In this document: positions 35,988-45,682 of the stretch, one piece after another
Layout of the letters: each line of letters opens with the position of its first letter
Position numbering within the stretch: the first letter of the stretch is position 1
Assembly: GCA_041629915.1 (NCBI GenBank)
Contig: JBFKMJ010000001.1
Coordinates: forward strand, 1 to 55,907
DNA length: 55,907 nt
Source of the DNA: Gallionella sp.
Lineage (GTDB): Bacteria > Pseudomonadota > Gammaproteobacteria > Burkholderiales > Gallionellaceae
Direction of reading: 5' to 3'
Program-made: the position numbers and the translations under genes
The notes under the pieces: generated by a model
What the model was told of the DNA's origin: nothing
What the model saw: only the letters and a program-made list of their open reading frames with translations
Database searches by the model: none

Positions 35988-38375
35988 TTACGAGTTCTTG
36001 ATGCCGTAGAGTCTAAAAGTACCTGACGCTATATTTCCAGAGCCAGCGTATATTCTTACACCTGTCAACGCTGTCGTTCCTCCAGTGTATCGACCTGAAC
36101 ACTTAAATGAGATTTCGTTGAAGTTGTTATCGCCGCGAATAGTTCGCCCCTCCAATATCACTGATTTCTCAAGAGTTGTAGAACTTGGATTAAGGATGCG
36201 TATATTAAAGTCACTGCTTCTTGGTGAGGCTCCGCCTCCAATCGTAGACCATCCAAAATTAATCGCGGCTGCGCTTAAAGATACATCAGCCGAAGGAGTT
36301 GCCGATCCAGATTGAGCGTATATATTTACGAAGTGGTAATTGGCAGTTTGGTAAGTTCCTCCAACCTTTAGGCGGCAATATAAACCCGGCGCGGCATTAG
36401 CTGTCAGTAACCCCGATACAACAATCAAATATGCGTCATATGTTGAGTCGAATGTTGTTTCAATATCGACAGTAGCCGACGCGCTTGCTGTCACCGTCGA
36501 AAGATACACAAGTGAACCACCAGCAGCAGACACTACCGATGTACCGTCGGCTTTTGAATAATTCGTACAGCGCCAAGTGCCAGTTGCGTACTCAATAAAC
36601 TCTGCTTCATCGCCGGCAGCGGTAGTGATATTCGCTCCACTCGGAAGAATCAGATTCGTTGCGTGATGTGTCAGTGTAAGCACACCATCAAAATGCAACT
36701 TAATCACTGTTCCGGCAGCTACGGTTGTAATCGAGGTTATTGCTGTAGTGCCGGTAATATCAAAGTAGTTTCCGTCAGCGCCAACCGTAAGCGCGTTAGC
36801 ACTTGCAACGTCAGCACCTTTAGACCATGTTTGCGTGCCGGTGAATACGTTTGCGCCGAGGGTTGCAGCAGTGCCAACAACGCCTGATGCTGGAAGTCCA
36901 GAACAGTTCGTCAGCGTACCAGAAGCTGGAGTGCCTAATGCCCCACCAGACACCAGCGCATTACTTACAGTAAAGTCCACATCCACCGTCAGCGTCTTGG
37001 GTGTTGTGCCGCCTGTTGCGGTGAAGCCTGTCGTTTGCGCGGTTAGCGGTACGCCGGCGAGGGCGGAAGATGGATATGAAGTGCAACTGCCGAGGCTGCC
37101 GGATGAGGGTGTGCCCAACGCGCCGCCGGGCGCCACAAAGTCAGTGCCGGCAGAAGCAGCAGCAGGCACGCCGCTGGTCGCCTTGAGCATCCCGGTCAGG
37201 GCGGACTGTGTGATGATCTGCCCGGTCGTGCCGGAATGCACCACCAGCGTCCCGTTTGTGACTGCGCCGGAACTCAATACGTCGCCCAAGCCCACGCCGG
37301 GCGTGACCGAAACGGTCGGGTTGCCGGATATGCCGTCGCCGTTGTTGACGGTGACGCCGGTTCCGGCGGTGATCGTGCGCGCAGATGCCGCGCCATCCCC
37401 CGTTCTTGCAATCAAGCCAGTGGCGGACAGTCCTTCCAGAGCGGCAAGGTCATTCGCCAATGCAAACGTGGGATCTCCGGCAGTCCCGGCTGGGTTGGTG
37501 ATGGTTATGCCGGCAGCGGGCGCCTGAAGTGTGCGGGAAGCCGCCGTACCGGCTCCTGTCCTTGCGACAATGCCAGCAGAAGAAAGCCCGGCAACAGCGG
37601 TAAGGTCTGCGTCATACGCCTGCACGTCAGTGCCGATGACCGCGCCAATGGCCGTTCTGGCCGCTGCGGTGCTTGTTGCGATGAATACCGCGTCGCCGAC
37701 CGTGGTTGAACCCAGCGTTGCCCTTTGCGCGGCGGCATCGGCGTCGTCCAGCAATGCCTTTCCGGCGGTGGTCAGGTCATAGGTCGCGGCGGTGCCCGCT
37801 CCGGTGAACTGGATGCCCTTGTTGGCGGCAGAGGTCAGCCCGGCCAGCGCGGCCAGTTCCACGTCGTAAGCCTGCACGTTGCTGCCGATGGCCAGGCCGA
37901 GGTTACTTCTGGCAGTGGCGGCGTCCGAAGCGCCGGTTCCGCCGTCAGCCACGGCAATATCGGTGATGCCGGTTATCGTGCCGCCGGTGATAGATACATT
38001 GGGTGAGGTCAGCGCGGCGATGTTCGCGCCGGCAAAGGTCGGACTCGCGCCGGTGTGGATGTTCTGCGGTGCGGAAAACGTCACCGTGCCGACACCCTGC
38101 GTCACCGTGACCTGGTTGGCTGTGCCGGTCAGGGTCTTGTGCTCGTAGGCCGTACCACCGGCATTCATGCCCAGCACCTGATCCGCCGTACCCATGCTCA
38201 TTGCTTCCTGCGCGGTCGCGCCGGAGTTGATCTTCACCAGCTTGTTGGCGTTGCCGGTGTAGCCCGCCACCTTCTCGAAGCCGGTGCGAATTGCGGTGAA
38301 GATGTTGCGCAGTTGCGACGAAACGCCTCTGGACTGCGCGACCGGGTTGCCGTCTTCGTTGAAATAGTCTGCCAT
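35988..38375 (-). CDS. Tail fibre protein
   Basis: [17 protein letters not shown], repeated VQAYD..L.A.AGL, C-terminal [11 protein letters not shown]. Confidence 0.8.
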   Translation of the reverse strand: MADYFNEDGNPVAQSRGVSSQLRNIFTAIRTGFEKVAGYTGNANKLVKINSGATAQEAMSMGTADQVLGMNAGGTAYEHKTLTGTANQVTVTQGVGTVTFSAPQNIHTGASPTFAGANIAALTSPNVSITGGTITGITDIAVADGGTGASDAATARSNLGLAIGSNVQAYDVELAALAGLTSAANKGIQFTGAGTAATYDLTTAGKALLDDADAAAQRATLGSTTVGDAVFIATSTAAARTAIGAVIGTDVQAYDADLTAVAGLSSAGIVARTGAGTAASRTLQAPAAGITITNPAGTAGDPTFALANDLAALEGLSATGLIARTGDGAASARTITAGTGVTVNNGDGISGNPTVSVTPGVGLGDVLSSGAVTNGTLVVHSGTTGQIITQSALTGMLKATSGVPAAASAGTDFVAPGGALGTPSSGSLGSCTSYPSSALAGVPLTAQTTGFTATGGTTPKTLTVDVDFTVSNALVSGGALGTPASGTLTNCSGLPASGVVGTAATLGANVFTGTQTWSKGADVASANALTVGADGNYFDITGTTAITSITTVAAGTVIKLHFDGVLTLTHHATNLILPSGANITTAAGDEAEFIEYATGTWRCTNYSKADGTSVVSAAGGSLVYLSTVTASASATVDIETTFDSTYDAYLIVVSGLLTANAAPGLYCRLKVGGTYQTANYHFVNIYAQSGSATPSADVSLSAAAINFGWSTIGGGASPRSSDFNIRILNPSSTTLEKSVILEGRTIRGDNNFNEISFKCSGRYTGGTTALTGVRIYAGSGNIASGTFRLYGIKNS

Positions 38376-38385
38376 TCAAGTTCTC

Positions 38386-40449
38386 CTAACAGGCGTTGCT
38401 GCGCGCCAGGCGGCGCAGGATGTAATAAACGGACGCGCCCTGGATCGTCCACGGGTCGTCATAGTCGTTGTTGCTGTAAACCAGCAGGCTGATGTTTTCC
38501 GAGGTGCCCGAGATCGTGGTCTGCGGGTTGACCACCACCTGCGCGTCCCAGGTGAAGGCTTCCCACTGGAATTGATCCCAGTAACCTCCGCCGCCCTCTT
38601 CCGCGAAGGCGATGCGCCCGGCAGGCTCCATGTCCGGCGCGCCATAGCCGAGGTCATAGCCCACCTGGAAATGTGCGCTGCCTTCCGCGTCCATTTCCAG
38701 CAGCAGCCGCTTGTAGCTCTTCTTGAGCAGCGGTGACTTGTGGTTGGCGTAGGCGGTGCGTATCCATGCCTCGACCGGCTCGCCGTCCAGTGAGGTGCCC
38801 TTGCCGGCCTGGTACACCATACCGGTGGAACTGCCGAAAAACACCTCTTCCGCGCCGGTGGCGTTCTCGCCGGACGTCACGCAGGTCGCCGCGATGCCGT
38901 AGTCCAGCCGCGTGATGCCGGTCAGCTTGCGGTTGAGGAAGCTGACCACCAGCACCTCGCCATCACTGAAATACAGCCGGTACTGGTTCTTGCCGCGATG
39001 GATGCTGGATGCGACCGCCGCGCCCTGTTTGGCGTCGATCAGCGACTGCACCAGTTGCGTCACGGTCTGGTCGGCGAAGTTGCCGTATTCCTGCGTCGGG
39101 CTTAACAGCCGCACACCGCGGTCGTCCAGCATCAGGATCAGGCCGAGGTTCTGCACCGTATAGGCCACTGCGCCAGCGTCCGGGTTGATGTTGATGAGCT
39201 GGAAGTCGTTGGCGCCGGTGCCGTACAGGATCGAGGTCGCGTTGCGCGTGAACACCGCCAGCGCGCCGGCGGATGATCCACCCACCACCGGCAGCAGCCC
39301 GGTGATGGTGTCACCCATGCCGATCTCGTTGGCGCCGGTCAGTGGCGTCCACATATAAGGAGTGCCCGTGGTGGAAAACTGCAACGAGCCGCGAAACGCC
39401 AGAAACAGCTTGCTTACATGCGCCGCGATGAAAGTTGGCTTGTCGGTCGTCATGCCGGTGGCAATCGGGACAAACACAGTGCCGTCGAACTCAAACGCCC
39501 GGTTCGCGCCGTCGCAGCCGTACATTCTCAGCGTGTCCGCCGAGCCGGTGAAGTTGTAGTTGACGAACTCGAACCTGCCGCCGGTGGCCAGCGTGATCGC
39601 GGACTCTGCCGCAGACAGCGTGACCGTGCAGCCGCCGGTGGCGGTCGCAGCGCCCGCCGAGAAGTTGCCGCCGGCAACACTGGTGATGATGAAACGCCCT
39701 GCCGCATCGCCCGTCCATGCACCGGACTGCGTGGCCACGCGCTGAATGGTGGCCGTCACGCCGCCCTGGGTGAGGGTAGCACCCTCTGCCGGCTGGGTCG
39801 TCCCTGCCGTAAAGCTGACTTCCTTGGTGAACGTCACCTGCGTCCATCCGGACGAAGTGGACTTGTACATATTCACCGCCGTCCCGCCGGCATTGGCTCT
39901 AAATGCGTATTTCACGCCCTTGTACTGGTGAATGCCGAGAATGCTGCCCGATCCGGGCACCGCACCGATGTCGGCGCGGTAGTTATCGGCGGCCAGGTTC
40001 CTGTAGGCGGCGTGCAGCGCCACAGTCAATGCGGCATTCTGGTTGGCAACCGTGGTGGTGACGGCCTGCGGCACGGCGGATACATTCAATGTTTCACCTG
40101 AAACAAACGCGCCGGACACCTTAGTCAATACCAGCTCGCCAGTGTTGACCTGCAACACCACGCCGGTCTTGCCGGAGGTCACGCCGGTGACCGTGTCGCC
40201 CGCCGCGATGCTGCCGCTGATGCTCACGCCCAGCATCCAGTAATTCGCCGAGGAAGGCGAAGTCCTGCCGTCGAAACGCTCGGTGCCGCGGATGCGCCGG
40301 TAGCCGCCGGTCGGCATCGGTTCGTAGTTGCGCACGTCGATCAACTGTCCCGACCGGATGGATAAGGCTGGGCTTTCCAGGTTCAGCCCGCCGGCCATCC
40401 TGAAATAGTCCACGCTCACCCTTGGCATCGGGAATTCCCGCATTTTCAT
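38386..40449 (-). CDS. Podovirus tail nozzle / tubular protein B-like
   Basis: GGLNL...P...GGYRRI.G..RFDG N-terminus; beta-rich; follows the adaptor gene. Confidence 0.7.
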   Translation of the reverse strand: MKMREFPMPRVSVDYFRMAGGLNLESPALSIRSGQLIDVRNYEPMPTGGYRRIRGTERFDGRTSPSSANYWMLGVSISGSIAAGDTVTGVTSGKTGVVLQVNTGELVLTKVSGAFVSGETLNVSAVPQAVTTTVANQNAALTVALHAAYRNLAADNYRADIGAVPGSGSILGIHQYKGVKYAFRANAGGTAVNMYKSTSSGWTQVTFTKEVSFTAGTTQPAEGATLTQGGVTATIQRVATQSGAWTGDAAGRFIITSVAGGNFSAGAATATGGCTVTLSAAESAITLATGGRFEFVNYNFTGSADTLRMYGCDGANRAFEFDGTVFVPIATGMTTDKPTFIAAHVSKLFLAFRGSLQFSTTGTPYMWTPLTGANEIGMGDTITGLLPVVGGSSAGALAVFTRNATSILYGTGANDFQLININPDAGAVAYTVQNLGLILMLDDRGVRLLSPTQEYGNFADQTVTQLVQSLIDAKQGAAVASSIHRGKNQYRLYFSDGEVLVVSFLNRKLTGITRLDYGIAATCVTSGENATGAEEVFFGSSTGMVYQAGKGTSLDGEPVEAWIRTAYANHKSPLLKKSYKRLLLEMDAEGSAHFQVGYDLGYGAPDMEPAGRIAFAEEGGGGYWDQFQWEAFTWDAQVVVNPQTTISGTSENISLLVYSNNDYDDPWTIQGASVYYILRRLARSNAC

Positions 40450-41126
40450 ATCAGCGGGTCTCCGAAATGCAGGGTGGACAGGTACTTGCCGCGCAACTGG
40501 CTCATGATGAGGCGCTCGTTGGCGACCGCATCGGCATACACTTCCGGCGCTGCGGTGAAGCGCGCGTACTTGCACATCGCGCGGTAGGCGATGACGCGGT
40601 GCTGTTCGGGCAGTTCTGGCGTGTCTGAGTCGGCGGAAAGTATCTGCGGTGACTTGAAGTAGTCGCCGGTGACGGTGTAGAGCGTCGAGTCGGGCACAGG
40701 CCAGAGCAGCAGCTCGTTGGCGTCGCCGATGGAGAAGTGGGTCGGGCGTCCGCCGCCGACCGGACGGGTCAGGCAGCCGGAACGGAAGTCCTCGTAGTCC
40801 ACCCAGGTCAGCTCGGTCTGGTCAACCGTGCCGCTGGTGGTGAGGTAGATCGTGCAGTAGGTCTTGTCGAACCGGCCAAAGCGCGTTGCGATGCCGGCCT
40901 GCGCGGCGGTGTAGGAACCGTCATTGGCGGTGGTGGTGAACGAATAGGCGGCGCGCATCCACTTCCAGTCGGCATGGCGCTCCTGTATCTCTTCCCAGGA
41001 ACGGATCACCCAGTTCTTGAAGCGCAGGCTCTCGCTGGTGACGCCTGCCAGCGTGGCCAGGTCGCCGCTGCCGGCCGCGTCGCATTCTTCTCTGGCGAGG
41101 TTTACCAACTGTAGCAAAGTGGACAT
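40446..41126 (-). CDS. Head-tail adaptor / tubular protein A-like
   Basis: TLLQLVN...W.WM...L.LWPVPD...LSADSDTP.LP. Confidence 0.7.
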   Translation of the reverse strand: MSTLLQLVNLAREECDAAGSGDLATLAGVTSESLRFKNWVIRSWEEIQERHADWKWMRAAYSFTTTANDGSYTAAQAGIATRFGRFDKTYCTIYLTTSGTVDQTELTWVDYEDFRSGCLTRPVGGGRPTHFSIGDANELLLWPVPDSTLYTVTGDYFKSPQILSADSDTPELPEQHRVIAYRAMCKYARFTAAPEVYADAVANERLIMSQLRGKYLSTLHFGDPLI

Positions 41127-41193
41127 AGCAGCCTTTCTAAGTAAAGCGGTTCAACCCAGCCGCCACGCGAGTAGCGGCTGAGGTAAGCGCCTT

Positions 41194-42300
41194 TTAGTAG
41201 CCTTCGATCTCGATCAGGAACTTGCCGGCGGTGTAAGTGCCGGGTGTGCCTGCCGCGCCTCCGGCCAGGTACAGGTACTGATCCGCCGCCGGAATGGCGC
41301 CGAACACCTTGACCGCGCCCAGCGTCCATGCCGCGCCGGAGGTGACGATCGCCGCCTCGGTCAGGTCGGTGACTGCGCCATCGAACACGCCGGTGCCCTC
41401 TGTGGCCGAATACAGGTCGATGTCATCCACGCCGCCGGCCGGCACTTCCAGGCAGGTGACGCGCCCGGTCAGCAGGGTGCCGTTGTTCGCCGCGGTGATC
41501 TGGCCGATATGGGCAACGGATGCGCCGGTGCCGATGATGTCCAGATCGGTGGTGGAAGAACCCAACCCGGTCAGGTCGAGCAGGATGCTGGTCTTGATGA
41601 TGCCGCCGGCCTTGACCACGCTGGTCTTGTAGATCGTGCCGGATCCGTCGGTAATGCCGGCGCCGGCCAGCACTGCCATCACGTTGCCCGGCAATGTCGC
41701 AGCACCGGCAAACGTCACCGCGCCGTTGGTGCCGAGAATGGCGGCCTTGCCTGTGGTGTTGTTGGCGCTGGACGCGGCATCCAGCACATCCGCTTCCGCC
41801 AGTGACAGGGCGGCGGTGGACTGCACCACATACGCATCTGCTGCGCCGCCGTCAGGGATGTGCACGTTGGTTACCTGCCCGTGCGCATCGACGGTGAGCG
41901 TGGTGGTTTCGTCGTTGGTGTTGTTGGCCTTGGCGATGGTCAGCTTGCCCTTGGCGGCGGTGGCCGGGAACACGTCCACCGAACCGACCACACCGGAAGC
42001 GCCGGCATCAATGCTGGTGGCATTCACCGACGTGGAAGTCAGCGTAGTAATGGTGGCCGACGTGATGGTGGCGATACCCTTGCTGCCGTCCAGCACCAGC
42101 GCCTTGCCTGCCGCTGCCGTGCCGTTGGTGATGCCGTCGATCTTGGCTAGATCGCTTGCTGCGATGTTGTCCAGCGCGGCCAGTTCAGCCAGGTCGATGG
42201 AACTTACCGTGTTGTCGGAATTGGTGACGTCGAGTGTCGCGCCCTTCTTGAACAGCAGTTTGCGACGGATAATTGCCAGGTCAAAAAAACGTGATAGCAT
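41194..42300 (-). CDS. Putative head fibre / minor structural protein
   Basis: Ala/Thr/Gly-rich; C-terminal YTAGKFLIEIEGY. Confidence 0.55.
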   Translation of the reverse strand: MLSRFFDLAIIRRKLLFKKGATLDVTNSDNTVSSIDLAELAALDNIAASDLAKIDGITNGTAAAGKALVLDGSKGIATITSATITTLTSTSVNATSIDAGASGVVGSVDVFPATAAKGKLTIAKANNTNDETTTLTVDAHGQVTNVHIPDGGAADAYVVQSTAALSLAEADVLDAASSANNTTGKAAILGTNGAVTFAGAATLPGNVMAVLAGAGITDGSGTIYKTSVVKAGGIIKTSILLDLTGLGSSTTDLDIIGTGASVAHIGQITAANNGTLLTGRVTCLEVPAGGVDDIDLYSATEGTGVFDGAVTDLTEAAIVTSGAAWTLGAVKVFGAIPAADQYLYLAGGAAGTPGTYTAGKFLIEIEGY

Positions 42301-42341
42301 GATATTTCTCCTTTATTAAGTGCGATGAATCGCTTTTGGGT

Positions 42342-42815
42342 TTATTGCTCTTGAAGCACCCGTTTCAGCCATTGTTTACCCTTATCCGAGTCGTTGATGA
42401 CGGCAAACGGGTACAGCAGGCCGGTATGGCTTGGGTACACAAACTTGTCCTCGCCATCCACGCCCTTGGTCTTGACGTTGTTGAAGGTTGTCAGCTTGGA
42501 ACGCGCCAGCCGCTCCACGAAACAGCGGCGCACCTTCTGCTCCTCGCCGCGCACGAACCGCTGCACCCGCCCGTTGACCCATACCGCCGGGAACGGGTCG
42601 GCGTTCTTGTCCGTCGCCTCGTGCACCACGACAATGACTTCCTCGTTCATGAAGGCCATGTCCTCAGCCCACTTCGAGTTTTCCTTGCCGGGCTGCTCCG
42701 CCTTGATCTGCGGCAGCTCGTTGTGCTTGTCGAACTCGCGCACGCCGTCCTGTCCGACCTGCTGCTCCTCGGACTCGGTGTGGCTGCGCTTGATGGTTGG
42801 CGGTACTCTTGCCAT
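42342..42815 (-). CDS. Conserved hypothetical head-region protein
   Basis: AFMNE.V...VNG....VRG....V.R.FVE.LAR. Confidence 0.65.
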   Translation of the reverse strand: MARVPPTIKRSHTESEEQQVGQDGVREFDKHNELPQIKAEQPGKENSKWAEDMAFMNEEVIVVVHEATDKNADPFPAVWVNGRVQRFVRGEEQKVRRCFVERLARSKLTTFNNVKTKGVDGEDKFVYPSHTGLLYPFAVINDSDKGKQWLKRVLQEQ

Positions 42816-42828
42816 GTCTTCTTCTCCT

Positions 42829-42857
42829 CAATAAAAAAGCCGCCCGAAGGCGGCTTG
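42829..42857 (-). terminator. Intrinsic terminator after the capsid/decoration genes
   Basis: Same UUCG hairpin plus T-run as 34934-34962. Confidence 0.85.
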
Positions 42858-42874
42858 AAGTGATCTCAGGTCAA

Positions 42875-43378
42875 TTAGCTGATCTGAGGACGATCCGGCA
42901 GCGTTGCGATGTTCTTGAACGTGGTGCAGGAAGCACCAGACGCCGCCCACTCGGAAACACCCACGCTGAACCCGGCCGTCAGGCTTGGCGCTGCGCGAAT
43001 CAGCGTGTAGGCGATCGGGCAGAAGTCAGCCGGGATGGCCGGGAACTGCGGGTAATCCTTGAATGCGCCCACGGTCGTGGTGACGCCGGTTGCGGTCGGT
43101 ACGGCCGGACCCTGCACCGCGACCAGTGTGCCGGCCGCATTGACGCCGAACACCACCGCCGCCGCCGTATTCGGCAGAATCGCCGCAAAGGCTGCGCCGG
43201 TATTGGCATCCGTGGTGGGTGTCGTGGCCGAGTTGGTCAGCACGCCCAGCGCCGTTGCGAACTTGCCATTGATCGAGCAAACCGAAGCAACGGTAGTGGT
43301 GAAGCTGTTGGTCGTGCCGGCCACTGCGCCGGTGTTGAGGTGGTTGAGCGTGATACCGCTCAGGACTGTCTTTTCCAT
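42875..43378 (-). CDS. Putative capsid decoration protein
   Basis: Immediately after the MCP; small and Ala/Thr-rich. Confidence 0.55.
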   Translation of the reverse strand: MEKTVLSGITLNHLNTGAVAGTTNSFTTTVASVCSINGKFATALGVLTNSATTPTTDANTGAAFAAILPNTAAAVVFGVNAAGTLVAVQGPAVPTATGVTTTVGAFKDYPQFPAIPADFCPIAYTLIRAAPSLTAGFSVGVSEWAASGASCTTFKNIATLPDRPQIS

Positions 43379-43429
43379 ATTATTTCTCCTTGAATGAAAT
43401 AGCCCTGACTGGCAGGGCTATCGGGTGGA

Positions 43430-44470
43430 TCAAAGGGCGGTTACGCCAGCCTCGATCACGGCCATGTGGCCAGGGTTGGCCACCAGCACGGCGCTCCAGA
43501 ATGATGCGCCGACATAGCCGCGCTGGCCGAGGATGTCGTTCTTGTCCTTCTGGCTGGCAGGCATGACCGACAGGTCGAACGAGCTCTCGCCCTTGAGCGC
43601 GATGTCGAACACCGCATCCTCGCCGCACACGATGAACGGGTAAACGTCCACGTTGGCCGCCGAGTTGGTGGTGCCGTACAGCGCCGCATTCGCGCCGCCC
43701 GCATCGGCATAGGCTGCCAGTTCGGGTGACAGGATGAAGCGGAACTCCTCGCACGAACCCAGCTCCTTCGGGCTGACCGGGCTGAAGCCGGCGTACTTGG
43801 ACACCGGCACGAAGCTGGGCAGGTCGCGCACGTCAGCAGCGCCGTCGGTATGCACGAACACCAGAAACGCCTCCTCGATGGCCGAGGTGTCGTAGTCCGG
43901 TCCCGGACGCAGCACCTTGGACTTCTTGCCGGCATGGTTGGCCAGCAATGTCCTTGCGGTGCGGCGCAGGATGTTCAGGTTGATCGCCTCGTCCACCGTG
44001 GCGCGCGAGTTGCCGCCGGCGTAGGCGACGTTGGTGCAGGACTTCATCGCGCCGAAGCGGATCATTTCCTGAATCAGTCCCATGCGCTTGGCCAGCAGGT
44101 TCTTCATGTCGCCGGGAATGTCGTCCTCGTGCAGGTCGGCCGTCTTGTCAGTCCAGCTATAGATCGCGCCGTACTGGTTGAGCTGCACGTTGACGTACTG
44201 GTCGGTCAGCGTCTCTGCGGCAGGCGTGACGCCTTCCTGCAACAGATGCGCCACCGCCGACACGCTCCAGCGGTTGATGGTATTGGCGTTGGTGGTGGCG
44301 CCGCCGGTCGGGATGACGCGGCGGTAGGTGATGTTGTCGCCCTTGTTCTTGGGCATCTGCTTCATCTCGCAGCCCAGTGCCAGCACCATCGTTGGCTCGG
44401 CCATGGCGAGAATCTCGCCCTTGACCTCATTGATGCGCCCTGGTGACAGGGCATAGTTTTGAATGCTCAT
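43430..44470 (-). CDS. Major capsid protein, N4-gp56-like family
   Basis: MPKNKG..I..RR, L.EGVTP, L.QYG, ELG....RF, D.LGQRGYVG. Confidence 0.85.
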   Translation of the reverse strand: MSIQNYALSPGRINEVKGEILAMAEPTMVLALGCEMKQMPKNKGDNITYRRVIPTGGATTNANTINRWSVSAVAHLLQEGVTPAAETLTDQYVNVQLNQYGAIYSWTDKTADLHEDDIPGDMKNLLAKRMGLIQEMIRFGAMKSCTNVAYAGGNSRATVDEAINLNILRRTARTLLANHAGKKSKVLRPGPDYDTSAIEEAFLVFVHTDGAADVRDLPSFVPVSKYAGFSPVSPKELGSCEEFRFILSPELAAYADAGGANAALYGTTNSAANVDVYPFIVCGEDAVFDIALKGESSFDLSVMPASQKDKNDILGQRGYVGASFWSAVLVANPGHMAVIEAGVTAL

Positions 44471-44485
44471 TTGAAACCTCCGTAA

Positions 44486-45343
44486 TTAAAGTCGGGCGCC
44501 GGCCACCTTGTTGTAGCCCGCCCGGAATCGCTCTGAAGGACTCGGCTCGCCCTTTTGCGGCGGCTTGGTCCCGTTGGTTGGTAACACCGCGTTCTGCAGG
44601 CGGGTTTTATTCGCCTGCGCTGCTGTGCTGTCTGTCGGTTTTGCTCTGGAACTGAGCCAGTCCTTGTGCCGGTCAAGCATCTCGGCCACATAGAACGGGT
44701 CCTGCGACTTATCGAAGCGCACCCGCTCCCTGGCGGACAGGGTTTCCTTCCATTCGCCGAATTCCGGCGTCTGGCGCACTTCCATCCAGTCAGGGTGATC
44801 GTTGCTGAGCTGCTGAATGGCCTCGTCCAGCGCCGCCTGTTTCTCTGCGGCAAGGCGCGCGGCCACCATCTGCTCGATGTCGGGAGAGGCTTGCCCGCCC
44901 TTGGCGGACAGCACGCGGTCGAAAACACCCTTCAGCTTGTCGGCCAGCTCGGGAAACTCGTCGCGCAGATCGTTCAGCAGGTCGGCGGAATCGGCGGCGT
45001 GAGCCTCTACCTCTTTCGCGGTCGTTGCCGTGTTGAATCTCTGCTGCATCTGCTCGATCTGTTGCTTGAGTGAGCCATACCGACCGCCCTCGTCCCGCAG
45101 CCGCTTTTCCAGATCAGGAATGCGCGCCACCTGTGCCAGCAGCTCCCTGGCCTGCTCGCCGCTCAAAGCGGGTTCCGGCGGAGGTTCCTCGGTAGAGGTC
45201 TCGGTCGGCGCTTCTTCGGGCTGCCTGTCCTTGTTGGCAATGCTGTCGTAACCCTTGCGGAAGCCGGATGAATCCTGGGCTTCGGTTTGGGCTTCGGTCT
45301 GTGTTTCGGTCTGTGTTTCGGGTTGCTCGACTTCTCCTGTCAT
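44486..45343 (-). CDS. Scaffolding protein (putative)
   Basis: Acidic and helical, HPDW motif, between the portal and the MCP. Confidence 0.65.
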   Translation of the reverse strand: MTGEVEQPETQTETQTEAQTEAQDSSGFRKGYDSIANKDRQPEEAPTETSTEEPPPEPALSGEQARELLAQVARIPDLEKRLRDEGGRYGSLKQQIEQMQQRFNTATTAKEVEAHAADSADLLNDLRDEFPELADKLKGVFDRVLSAKGGQASPDIEQMVAARLAAEKQAALDEAIQQLSNDHPDWMEVRQTPEFGEWKETLSARERVRFDKSQDPFYVAEMLDRHKDWLSSRAKPTDSTAAQANKTRLQNAVLPTNGTKPPQKGEPSPSERFRAGYNKVAGARL

Positions 45344-45359
45344 TTCATGTCTCCAGAAC

Positions 45360-45423
45360 AAAAAAACCCGCACGAAGGCGGGCAACACGGCGAGCGGCAA
45401 CAAAAAACCCGCTCAAGGCGGGC
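45360..45423 (-). terminator. Two tandem intrinsic terminator-like hairpins
   Basis: Two CCCGC...GCGGG stems, each followed by T7 on the minus strand. Confidence 0.7.
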
Positions 45424-45481
45424 TCTGTCTGCGGTTCACCACTACTAGCGAAGGTCGGTTATCCCGGCGTTCGTAATTCTT

Positions 45482-45682
45482 TCAGTCAATCCCGATCACC
45501 GGCTTGGGTGTGCCGATGTCGAGGCTGGCCTTGACTTCCGCGATGCGTCCGCGCAGTCTGGCCGTTTCAATCTCGTTCAAATTCTTGTCGTTCTCGCTGC
45601 GCAACTGTTCCATGCGCGCTTCCCAGTGTTCCTTCAGCTTGCGCCACAGCGGCGACGCCAGTTCGTGTTCGGTCAGCTTCAC
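45482..45682 (-). CDS. Small conserved protein after the portal
   Basis: S.LW..LK...ND...ETARLRGRI.E.K. Confidence 0.65.
   Translation of the reverse strand: MKLTEHELASPLWRKLKEHWEARMEQLRSENDKNLNEIETARLRGRIAEVKASLDIGTPKPVIGID

Noticed and set aside
35988-38375. Diversity-generating retroelement targeting the tail fibre
   Set aside because: No reverse transcriptase and no TR/VR pair seen
34934-42857. Identical 29-bp sequences as ends of a mobile module
   Set aside because: Both are ordinary UUCG-loop terminators, with a third variant at 50021, and they enclose core tail genes
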